Source of the DNA: Pseudomonadota bacterium
Lineage (GTDB): Bacteria > Bdellovibrionota > FAC87 > UBA2466
Length of the DNA stretch: 64,000 bases
Assembly: GCA_009927165.1 (NCBI GenBank)
Contig: RFNO01000106.1
Location: forward strand, 3,409 to 67,408
Direction of reading: 5' to 3'
Shown: piece by piece, positions 1-8,142 of the stretch
How positions within the stretch are numbered: the first letter of the stretch is position 1
Layout: each line of letters starts with the position of its first letter
Made by a program: the position numbers and the translations under genes
Notes under the pieces: generated by a model
What the model saw: only the letters and a program-made list of their open reading frames with translations
Databases searched by the model: none
What the model was told of the DNA's origin: nothing

Positions 1-2442
1 TTTTATTGTGAATTTTTCCGAAAGCGCTGCCCCTCCAACCAACAGTGGCAATTGAATCCCAGCTCGGCTCAGGTCCCCGGCTGTCAACACCATCTGTTGT
101 GCGGATTTTACCAGAAGCCCAGAGAGCCCTAAAATATCCGGTTGATACTGCCGAACCGCACCAATTAGTTGCTCCGGTGGGATTTTTATACCCAGATTAA
201 TCACGCGAAACCCATTATTACTTAAAATAATATCAACTAGATTCTTCCCAATGTCGTGAACATCTCCCTTCACTGTGGCCAGCAGGACAGACCCTTTCTG
301 AGCACTTTCAGTCTTTTCCATGAAAGGTTCCAAGTGATTCACGGCTGCTTTCATGACTTCAGCAGACTGTAATACTTCGGCTACGATCAACTTGTTGGCA
401 TTGAACAAGCGACCTACTTCATCCATACCCTTCATCAAGGGCCCATTGATAATCTCAAGTGGTTTATCTTGCTTCAGGGCCAAATTGAGATCTTCAACGA
501 GTCCATCTTTTGACCCTTCAATGACGTAAAGAGCGAGTCGCTCTTGAAGACTTAATGAGGGCTTGCTGGGTTTTACTGAAGCCTTTTTCTTTCGGAAAAA
601 GTTGGCAAAATTGGTAATGGGCTCTGTTCCACGGTGAAACAGCAAATCTTCAGCGAGTTGTTTTTCATCATCAGGGATACTTGCATATCTTTTTAATTTT
701 TCAGAGTTAACAATGGCCAGATCAAGACCAGCTTGAACACAAAGGTAAAGAAAAACGGAATTTAATACTTCTCGACCAGAATCTGGAAGTCCAAAACTGA
801 TATTTGAAATACCCAAAATAGTTTTTGTTTTTGGAAAGTGTTTTTTGAGAAGCTTTATTCCTTCGATTGTTTCTATCGCAGATCCTAGATATTGTTGATC
901 GCCAGTTGCACAAGGAAACACCAAAGGGTCCCAAAAAATATCTTCCGGCTTTATGCCATGTTTATTAGTCAGTAAGTCAAAGGCTCGTACTGCTATTGCT
1001 AACTTTCGTTGTCTAGTGATTCCCATTCCTTGAATTGGGTCTTCATCGATGGTTCCTACTACAACAGCTGCGCCAAACTTTTTTGCGAGGGGTAGTACTT
1101 TTTCAAACCTTTCCTCTCCATCCTCAAGATTAATGGAGTTAATGATGGACTTTCCTTGGCAATAAGACAGTGCTGATTCAATTACTTGTTCATCAGTTGA
1201 ATCAATCATGAGGGGAGCTTTAATTTTTTTAATAAGAAACCCCAGAAAACTACTCATGTCAGATAATTCATCTCGATCTGGATTGGCTAAACACACATCG
1301 ATAATGTGGGCCCCTCCTTTGATTTGTTGGCGCGCGATATCCGAAGCTTCGTCAAAGCGATTCTCGAGAATAAGGTTTTTAAACTTTTTACTTCCAATCA
1401 CGTTGGTTCGTTCCCCAACGATTACAGGCCGTTCTTGTTCGTTGATTTCAAGAAAATCTAGCCCGGAAACCATTGAACGAGGATTTATTTTGGGTTTTCT
1501 GGGGGACTTGCCTGTGACTATTTTAGAAAGAGCAGCAATATGAGAAGCCTCGGTTCCACAACAACCACCGACTAAATTAATCCATCCATTTGAGATAAAA
1601 CCGGACAGAGTTCGGGATAACATTTCAGGAGTCTCAAGATAGTATCCATTTTCATCGGGTAATCCTGCATTAGGGACGCAAGCGACCGGAAAAGGAGACA
1701 TCATTGAAAGAGAACGGATTGAGTCTGTCATGAACTCAGGCCCAGTAGCGCAATTAAGGCCCAAATAAAGAAGATCTCGATGAGAAACAGAGACAGTGAG
1801 GGCTTCTATACTTTGACCAGCCAGCATCGTCCCCATGGCTTCGATAGTAATAGACAGTGCAATAGGGATTTGCTTGTTTGTTTCTTTTAAGACTCGGTCA
1901 ATTCCAAAAAGTGCTGCTTTGATATTTCGGGTATCCTGACAGGTCTCTAAAAGAAAATAGTCCACCCCTCCTTCAAGTAATCCCTTCGCTTGCCGATAAA
2001 AGTGACTAATTAGTTCGTGAAAAAGAATTCCCCCAGTAACTGAGATCGCTTTCGTTGTTGGTCCCATGGCGCCAGCAACAAATCGAGGTTTATTGGGTAG
2101 ACAATGTTTATCGGCACAACGTCTTGCGATTTGAGCTGCTTCGTAATTAATCAATTCTGTTTGATGACCTAATCCATATTCCTCTAAAACAAGGGGAGTT
2201 GCGCCAAAAGTATTGGTCTCTAAAATGTCAGCTCCGGCTTTCAGATAGTCTTCATAGATGGAAGAAATGATTGCGGGTTTTGAGATCACCAACTGTTCAT
2301 TGCAACCTTCGAATTGAGTTCCACCAAAGTCACGAGCTGATAAATGGAGCTTTTGGATGCTTGTTCCCATGGCTCCATCCAAAACCAAAATGCGTTCATG
2401 GAGTGAATGTTTGAGGATTTCGATGCGCTCGAGAGATATCAC
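1..2442 (-). CDS. metH: B12-dependent methionine synthase (5' part; runs off the left edge of the window)
   Basis: Not in the ORF track because it is truncated. Manual translation from GTG at 2442 gives VISLERIEILKHSLHERILVLDGAMGTSIQ. It also contains GGCCGT, IGERTNV, and the cobalamin-binding motifs ATVKGDVHDIGKN and GGAALS. Confidence 0.95.
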   Translation of the reverse strand, partial: MISLERIEILKHSLHERILVLDGAMGTSIQKLHLSARDFGGTQFEGCNEQLVISKPAIISSIYEDYLKAGADILETNTFGATPLVLEEYGLGHQTELINYEAAQIARRCADKHCLPNKPRFVAGAMGPTTKAISVTGGILFHELISHFYRQAKGLLEGGVDYFLLETCQDTRNIKAALFGIDRVLKETNKQIPIALSITIEAMGTMLAGQSIEALTVSVSHRDLLYLGLNCATGPEFMTDSIRSLSMMSPFPVACVPNAGLPDENGYYLETPEMLSRTLSGFISNGWINLVGGCCGTEASHIAALSKIVTGKSPRKPKINPRSMVSGLDFLEINEQERPVIVGERTNVIGSKKFKNLILENRFDEASDIARQQIKGGAHIIDVCLANPDRDELSDMSSFLGFLIKKIKAPLMIDSTDEQVIESALSYCQGKSIINSINLEDGEERFEKVLPLAKKFGAAVVVGTIDEDPIQGMGITRQRKLAIAVRAFDLLTNKHGIKPEDIFWDPLVFPCATGDQQYLGSAIETIEGIKLLKKHFPKTKTILGISNISFGLPDSGREVLNSVFLYLCVQAGLDLAIVNSEKLKRYASIPDDEKQLAEDLLFHRGTEPITNFANFFRKKKASVKPSKPSLSLQERLALYVIEGSKDGLVEDLNLALKQDKPLEIINGPLMKGMDEVGRLFNANKLIVAEVLQSAEVMKAAVNHLEPFMEKTESAQKGSVLLATVKGDVHDIGKNLVDIILSNNGFRVINLGIKIPPEQLIGAVRQYQPDILGLSGLLVKSAQQMVLTAGDLSRAGIQLPLLVGGAALSEKFTIK

Positions 2443-2487
2443 TTTTATCTTTTATCATAGCAGAACTAGCATGTTAAATAATATCAG

Positions 2488-4167
2488 TTACTTAACTTTT
2501 GAGCGTACGGGGGGAGCAGAAGGAAGAAATTTCAGATGAGGATATTTTCCAGATGCCCAATTCATGCTCCAATCTGATTTAAAGAGAATGACTGGTATCC
2601 CATCTCGATCCTCAGCGACCAGACAGTCGGCATAAGCACGAAATTCCGAAATTTCTTTCGAGATATCTTTTCCATCTTCTGTGGGACAGACCCAGCGAGC
2701 TCGTGAAAAACCCATCCGGTCTATTTTCATATCAACGGAGTATTCAGTTTTAATTCGGTGTTGCAATACTTCAAATTGAAGTGCTCCAACTACCCCCAAA
2801 ATAGGATGCGCATCCCCTTGAGTGGACGATTTAAATATTTGAACCACTCCCTCTTCGGAGAGTTGTTCCAATCCTTTTTTGAGCTGTTTTCGTTTAAGCG
2901 GATCTGCGAGCGACACAGTTGCAAAGTTTTCAGGGGAAAATCGGGGGACTCCTTCATATTCAAAAGTGGAGCGCTCACAAAGGGTATCGCCGATTCGAAA
3001 ATCTCCAGAAGTATCCAAAAATCCAACAATATCTCCAGGCCAAGCTTCCTCAATCAAATGTCTTTCTTGGGCAAAAAAATGAAAAGCTTTGTTGAGTTTA
3101 AACGGTTTCTCAAGTCGAGCATGGGTGGCATCCATGCCTCGCTGAAACTTGCCGGAGCAAACCCTAAAAAATGCAACCCGATCTCGGTGTTGAGGATCGA
3201 TATTGGCTTGAATCTTAAAAAAAACGCCAGAGAAATCAGTGGTAAGTGGGTTAATGAGACCTTGATTAGAAATGCGGCCCGTAGGTGGGGGGGCCATCGA
3301 CAAAAAATTATCCAAAAAGTGTTGAACCCCAAAGTTGTTCATGGCGCTTCCGAAGAAGACAGGAGTGAGTTCTCCTCTCAAAACCCTTTCAGAATCATAG
3401 GGATCGCCCGCGATTTCCAACAATTCGAGTTGCGATCGCACTTCCTCTTGGAGTTCTTTTAAATCTTGTTCCTGGTCCGGAGTGGGCTCCAGCGCTTTAA
3501 CAAGATCTGCTTTCGCGATATTGCCAACTTTAAGGGTCGGAATTTGCTTCGAGGCATGAGCTTTGTCTTCAGCCTGGAATAAAAGTACTTCTTCCCGAAT
3601 GCGGTCATAAACGCCTTTAAATCGGTCGCCCATTCCAATGGGCCAACTAATGGGTGAGGAACGGATGCCTAACACTTTTTCTAACTCATCAATGAGTTCA
3701 AGAGGATCACGTGCGGGACGATCCATCTTGTTGATAAATGTAAATATCGGTAGGCCTCTCATGCGGCAGACTTCAAATAGTTTGAGTGTTTGGGGCTCAA
3801 CCCCTTTTGCGGCATCTATCAACATGACTGCAGCATCCGCTGCTACCAGGGTGCGATAAGTGTCTTCGGAGAAATCTTTATGACCCGGAGTATCGAGAAG
3901 ATTAATTTGATAGTCTGCATACTCAAAGCGAAGCACAGTTGTGCTGATGGAAATACCTCTCTGTTTCTCAATTTCCATCCAATCCGATGTGGTTTTTCTT
4001 TGATTTGATTTTGCTTTCACAGCACCGGCTAAATGAATAGCTCCCCCATAGAGAAGGAGTTTCTCGGTCAATGTTGTTTTTCCTGCGTCCGGATGGGAAA
4101 TAATTGCAAACGTCCGTCGCCGTTTTACTTCTTTTTCAATGGTTTTTTCAGTGAGACTAGAACTCAT
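2488..4167 (-). CDS. prfC: Peptide chain release factor 3
   Basis: RRRTFAIISHPDAGKTTLTEKLLL, DWMEIEKQRGISI, DTPGH, NKMD, GVVGALQFEV. Confidence 0.97.
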   Translation of the reverse strand: MSSSLTEKTIEKEVKRRRTFAIISHPDAGKTTLTEKLLLYGGAIHLAGAVKAKSNQRKTTSDWMEIEKQRGISISTTVLRFEYADYQINLLDTPGHKDFSEDTYRTLVAADAAVMLIDAAKGVEPQTLKLFEVCRMRGLPIFTFINKMDRPARDPLELIDELEKVLGIRSSPISWPIGMGDRFKGVYDRIREEVLLFQAEDKAHASKQIPTLKVGNIAKADLVKALEPTPDQEQDLKELQEEVRSQLELLEIAGDPYDSERVLRGELTPVFFGSAMNNFGVQHFLDNFLSMAPPPTGRISNQGLINPLTTDFSGVFFKIQANIDPQHRDRVAFFRVCSGKFQRGMDATHARLEKPFKLNKAFHFFAQERHLIEEAWPGDIVGFLDTSGDFRIGDTLCERSTFEYEGVPRFSPENFATVSLADPLKRKQLKKGLEQLSEEGVVQIFKSSTQGDAHPILGVVGALQFEVLQHRIKTEYSVDMKIDRMGFSRARWVCPTEDGKDISKEISEFRAYADCLVAEDRDGIPVILFKSDWSMNWASGKYPHLKFLPSAPPVRSKVK

Positions 4168-4170
4168 GGG

Positions 4171-4908
4171 TTAACGAATATAAGTCGATAAAAAATTTCT
4201 TACCGAAGGCTGTGAGAAATCAACAAATTGAGACATCTGTCGTGAGCCCTCATTGTAAGCACCGTGACTGACTCCAATGACCATAAAGAGTTCTCCCACT
4301 TTTTTAAGGAGTGGTCCACCAGAATCACCAAAACAAGCACCAGCTCGATTTTCCGGTCCAGCAATCTGCTTAATTTGGATACCGGGCGTGGCTACTTCCA
4401 AAAACTCAGAGCGCTCGGCAATGATGTTGCTCCCCAAGCGTTTTATTCCCCCGCTGGCGGGAATCTCTGAAGAACTACAACCAAAACCAACAAGAGTGAC
4501 CGCATCACCAACAGATGCTCCACTAGCTACTGGAATAATTTCTTGTGGTGAGGCCACAGGAGAAGGCAAGTAGAGAAGAGCGACATCAAAGGGATCGCCT
4601 TCGGCGCCTGAACCCAACGTTACTTTTTGCGTGGTTTGAATGGGACCTCTTGTTGTGTGAACCGTAAACGGACCTGCGTCCAAGAGACAGTGCGCAGCGG
4701 TTAGAATCGTAGAAGGACTTACAAAGGTTCCTGTGCATAATTTCTGTCCCGTAATCATGACAATGCCAGGAAAACTTTGAGTGGCCATCGCTGTTCTCGA
4801 AGAGGGACGAGGCAGCTCAGCTTCAGAGAGACTTTTTCCACAACCGGATAAAATAAAAAGACTCGTGATGAGACAAAGAGTAACCCTAAGAATTTGTTTC
4901 ATTCCCAC
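4171..4908 (-). CDS. Trypsin-like (S1) serine protease, predicted lipoprotein
   Basis: Lipobox-like ILSGC; catalytic motifs LTAAHC, DVALL and GDSGGP. Confidence 0.9.
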   Translation of the reverse strand: MGMKQILRVTLCLITSLFILSGCGKSLSEAELPRPSSRTAMATQSFPGIVMITGQKLCTGTFVSPSTILTAAHCLLDAGPFTVHTTRGPIQTTQKVTLGSGAEGDPFDVALLYLPSPVASPQEIIPVASGASVGDAVTLVGFGCSSSEIPASGGIKRLGSNIIAERSEFLEVATPGIQIKQIAGPENRAGACFGDSGGPLLKKVGELFMVIGVSHGAYNEGSRQMSQFVDFSQPSVRNFLSTYIR

Positions 4909-5069
4909 CCCTGGATACCCTGAACGTTTTGGAAAGCTGAGACCTTGTACAGGAAATCAAAATTATCAACAAGACGCAAAGTTCGTCACCGCCAGTAAGT
5001 TATTGAAAAAGCTAGTTAATTTTCTCTCTCATAATTCTGTCACAATCCTTTGCTAATCTGCAATTAAGT

Positions 5070-5366
5070 GGAACGTAACAGGAGGTAGGACATGTCATTT
5101 ACTCCCGAGTAGGGAACTACAAAAACAATTTGGGCTGACTTCGAGAGCCGGTGGGCGGCTACTCCCATTGGGAGGTGCCCCAGGGGCATAGGTAAGTCCC
5201 TTGCGGCTCGGAAGGCAGAGGCTTTAGGGGCCCCCAGCGGGGCTTGGTGAAAGCGTGAGTTGCCGCCGGTTGTAGGGCGCTGAGCTTGTTTGGTTCCCGC
5301 AGCCGAGCTGACAATTTTTAAGGCCGGGGTTCGCGAAGACTATCGTGGACCTCGGTTTTTCTTTTT
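5070..5366 (+). ncRNA. Candidate novel structured RNA with RBS and 6-codon ORF (MSFTPE*)
   Basis: GC-rich intergenic stretch with nested stems (5112-17/5293-98, 5117-22/5271-76, 5148-60/5259-70, 5194-5200/5240-46), small hairpins and a crossing pair 5201-11/5303-14. Many G-U pairs favour the + strand. Ends in a terminator. The 5' end is approximate. Confidence 0.6.
5322..5366 (+). terminator. Rho-independent terminator
   Basis: GGCCGGGGTTCGCGA-agacta-TCGTGGACCTCGGTT (15-bp stem including G-U pairs) followed by TTTCTTTTT. Confidence 0.85.
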
Positions 5367-5437
5367 AACAAGCCTTACCGACTTGCAGACCATGGATGAG
5401 TGTGTTTTTCTGAAACTTGCTAGGGAGGAATCTTTAT

Positions 5438-6016
5438 ATGGCTCGCACTCCATCAATCATGTTGGATTTAGGGACCGAGGCCCCAAATTTTTCTTTGCCG
5501 GACACTGAGGGTTCGCTTTTTCGTTTGGAAAGTGTCAAAGGTAAGCAACCTTTCTTGGTGCTTTTTATATGCAACCATTGCCCGTACGTGAAACATATTC
5601 GTAAGGAATTGGCTGCTCTTGGAAACGAATATCAAATGAAAGGAATTGCGATCATTGCGATTAATTCCAATGATTTTTTGAGTTACCCTGAGGACAGCCC
5701 TGAAAACATGGTTCAGGAAAAAAAAGAAATCGGTTATTTGTTCCCCTATCTCATAGACGAGAGTCAGGAAGTTGCCAAAAATTATCGAGCAGCTTGTACT
5801 CCCGATTTTTTTCTTTTCGATCGTCAAGGAAAACTCTTTTACCGCGGTCAATTCGATGACAGCCGTCCAGGCAACGGGATTTCGGTGACTGGAAGAGATA
5901 TTCGAAGTGCCATGGAACTGGTGTTGAAAAATGGAAAGTCACCCCTGGAACAAAAACCTAGTTTGGGGTGCAACATCAAGTGGAAAACAGGAAATGCCCC
6001 TTCCTATTTTGTGTGA
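5438..6016 (+). CDS. Thioredoxin-family (AhpC/TSA-like) protein
   Basis: FICNHCPYV, AACTPDFFLFD, YRGQFDDSRP, SLGCNIKW. ATG at 5438 follows RBS GGGAGGA. Confidence 0.9.
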   Translation: MARTPSIMLDLGTEAPNFSLPDTEGSLFRLESVKGKQPFLVLFICNHCPYVKHIRKELAALGNEYQMKGIAIIAINSNDFLSYPEDSPENMVQEKKEIGYLFPYLIDESQEVAKNYRAACTPDFFLFDRQGKLFYRGQFDDSRPGNGISVTGRDIRSAMELVLKNGKSPLEQKPSLGCNIKWKTGNAPSYFV

Positions 6017-6029
6017 AAGGAATTAACGC

Positions 6030-6437
6030 TTGGAAGATTGGAAGAAAAAACCAGATTCATTTTGGAAAGAGAAGCTTTCCTCGGAGCAATATGCCGTTTG
6101 CCGAAATGCTGCGACCGAAAGGCCTTATACGGGAAAGTTTTACCACCACCAAGAGGAGGGCACTTACCACTGCGCTGGATGTGAATTGGCTTTGTTTCGC
6201 TCAGAAGAAAAGTACGAGTCGGGAAGTGGATGGCCAAGTTATTGGGCCCCCTACAATGAGTCCTGTTTGGAGTACAAAAACGATCTCTCACATTCTATGG
6301 TGCGAATAGAAATCGTGTGCAGTAGATGTTCCTCGCATTTGGGGCACGTCTTTGATGACGGCCCAGCTCCGACTCATAAAAGATTCTGCGTAAATTCCGC
6401 AGCTTTATCGTTTGTTCCCAAAGCTACCAATAAATGA
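6030..6437 (+). CDS. msrB: Peptide-methionine (R)-S-oxide reductase
   Basis: ATERPYTG, GSGWPSY, two CxxC Zn motifs, HLGHVFDDGP, RFCVNS. Confidence 0.95.
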   Translation: MEDWKKKPDSFWKEKLSSEQYAVCRNAATERPYTGKFYHHQEEGTYHCAGCELALFRSEEKYESGSGWPSYWAPYNESCLEYKNDLSHSMVRIEIVCSRCSSHLGHVFDDGPAPTHKRFCVNSAALSFVPKATNK

Positions 6438-7953
6438 CTTCGTAAGTTCTGCAGGTTGCAGTCCTTCCGGCTGAATCTCGAAGTCTTGCAGTAACTTGCC
6501 AATTTCCGGGATAGGTAAAGTAAACCCATCGATTGATGGGCGTAGAAGCTCCCGTTGAATAGGCGGACAGAGAATTGTCGTCAGCGAAACCGCTAGCATA
6601 GTCTGCCGTTAAACTCTCAAGCCAATAGGTTCCTTGCGCTCCCGATGGGGTGACAGTCGCCAAAATCCATCGATCAGTATAAGTCGGATTGGGGGTCAAA
6701 CTGAGTGTACATGAGAACTGGCTCGAGGAAGAAGCGATGTTGATTGTCGTTTCTAAGTAGGCACCGGAGTTACAGAGAGCTCCCGAGCTTGCTGACCGAG
6801 CTTTTGCCGTGACTGTCTTAGTACCCGATGAATAGAAACTAATGTATGGATACTGGGACAGTGTTCCTACTAAGTAGCCATCTAAAATATTGAGTTCGGT
6901 AACAATCAAGGCTTCGCCTGAAGTTGCTAAAATACTAAACGGTACATTGTCTCCCACTTTATAAGGGGTCACGCTGGCTGCATAACTGATTGAGCAGTTT
7001 AAAGTACTGGGATTAGCAGTAAAAGTGACCGGAAGTGAACTGGTGGCCGATTGAGTTCCATTGCTAGCGGTCACGGTAACAGTGCCGGTTCGAGTGACCG
7101 ACGCATCTATTGCTGTAACCGTTGCTGTTGAACCTGAAGAGACGAGGTTTAAGCCTGCGCCCGAGATGGAATAAACGTAACTTGGAGTAAAAGTGAAGTT
7201 ATTCGCTGTCGATGTAATGGTAATCGTGCTAGTTGCTGGAACTGTTGAAGAAGGACTTGCAGTTAAAGTAACGGATGGTCCGCTCTGAACATTAACTGTT
7301 TTTGCACAAGTGGCTGAGTTGCCTGAACTGTCAGAGATATAAAAAACTGCAGTGTTTAGGCCTGCAGTGGGATATTGGGCTGAAGCCGTAGCTTGAGTAG
7401 TTGAAATTTGGTTGAGAGAAGAGGTCACTGTACCGTTCCCGCCTTGTACAAATCCTGTGAAATAGTAAGGAGAAGACCCTCCTGAAGCGGTAGCGGTGTA
7501 AGTCACGCTTGCTCCAATTGCCGGATTTTCGTTCGAAGCTGCAACAGAGCAGCTGAGGGGATTGGTGGTAGCGACGGGACTTACGGTGACTGCCAATTGG
7601 CATGTCGTCGAACCTCCCGAAGCATCGCTCACTGTAAAGTTCGTTGTTGTAATTTGGCTACTAGATCCCGAAATCTGAAGCGTTTGAGGAACTGTGTAAG
7701 TAGTTAAAAAAGTGCCAGAGACTCCAGAAAGCGAGTAAGGTCCCACTCCGCCGACTACTTGAATAGTTACCGGGAAGCTTTGTCCAGATACTACCGAATT
7801 TAAAGAAGTGGATGCCGCACAGGTCAGTGAAGTTGAAGTCACGGTACCAGGTCCAACCGTCAATCGGATGGGATCGGTTGTAATGTTACATCCGGCTACT
7901 GAAAACAGAGTGAGCGCAGCCAAAACAACTTTAAAGCTCTTGAAAAATCTCAT
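6424..7953 (-). CDS. Ser/Thr-rich lipoprotein with tandem Ig/PKD-like beta-sandwich repeats (putative surface adhesin)
   Basis: Start MRFFKSF at 7953 after RBS GGAGG; lipobox VAGC; repeats of about 90 aa with GG.xPY and SDxSGxxATC motifs and paired Cys. Confidence 0.75.
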   Translation of the reverse strand: MRFFKSFKVVLAALTLFSVAGCNITTDPIRLTVGPGTVTSTSLTCAASTSLNSVVSGQSFPVTIQVVGGVGPYSLSGVSGTFLTTYTVPQTLQISGSSSQITTTNFTVSDASGGSTTCQLAVTVSPVATTNPLSCSVAASNENPAIGASVTYTATASGGSSPYYFTGFVQGGNGTVTSSLNQISTTQATASAQYPTAGLNTAVFYISDSSGNSATCAKTVNVQSGPSVTLTASPSSTVPATSTITITSTANNFTFTPSYVYSISGAGLNLVSSGSTATVTAIDASVTRTGTVTVTASNGTQSATSSLPVTFTANPSTLNCSISYAASVTPYKVGDNVPFSILATSGEALIVTELNILDGYLVGTLSQYPYISFYSSGTKTVTAKARSASSGALCNSGAYLETTINIASSSSQFSCTLSLTPNPTYTDRWILATVTPSGAQGTYWLESLTADYASGFADDNSLSAYSTGASTPINRWVYFTYPGNWQVTARLRDSAGRTATCRTYEVIYW

Positions 7954-8011
7954 GGAACACAACCTCCAAAAAAAAACGGTAGCACCCAATGGGAGCGTTC
8001 CTCCGAGGAGC

Positions 8012-8027
8012 TGCAAGTTAGAGGCCT
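8012..8027 (-). promoter_or_regulatory. Candidate sigma54 -24/-12 promoter
   Basis: AGGCCTCTAACTTGCA (GG-N10-GC) about 60 bp upstream of ATG 7953. Confidence 0.5.
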
Positions 8028-8142
8028 AATTACGTTTTTGTTGAGGCAAACCGTAAATAGAAAAAAAAAGAAAAGTTAACTTGTATTCGATGAGTTACCG
8101 AATACTTGGAGAACACGTTTAAGTTCTTGTCATTTGAGTGCC

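Noticed and set aside
1-2442. metH looks somewhat more AT-rich than its neighbours (possible horizontal acquisition)
   Set aside because: This is a visual impression only, not quantified, and there are no mobility signatures.
722-3462. ORF-track entries 722-934, 1208-1543, 2758-3462 and similar short overlapping ORFs across the window
   Set aside because: They are shadow frames over well-supported genes (metH, prfC and others) with no recognisable motifs.
4975-5055. Possible sigma54 promoters GGTGACGAACTTTGC (-) and TGTCACAATCCTTTGC (+)
   Set aside because: Spacing is N11 or the GG is missing, so neither fits the strict GG-N10-GC requirement.
5092-5259. Amber readthrough of the MSFTPE* mini-ORF would give a 55-codon frame ending at TGA 5257-59
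   Set aside because: Open frames of this length arise easily in GC-rich structured RNA. TAG is an ordinary stop in other genes here, and no pyrrolysine machinery is in view.
5070-5320. RNase P, tmRNA, SRP or cobalamin riboswitch identity for the structured RNA (GGTAAGTCC resembles RNase P GGAAAGTCC)
   Set aside because: It lacks the RNase P 3' ACAGAA..CGGCTTA motif, the tmRNA tRNA-like ends, the SRP domain IV motif and a B12 box. An Rfam search is still needed.
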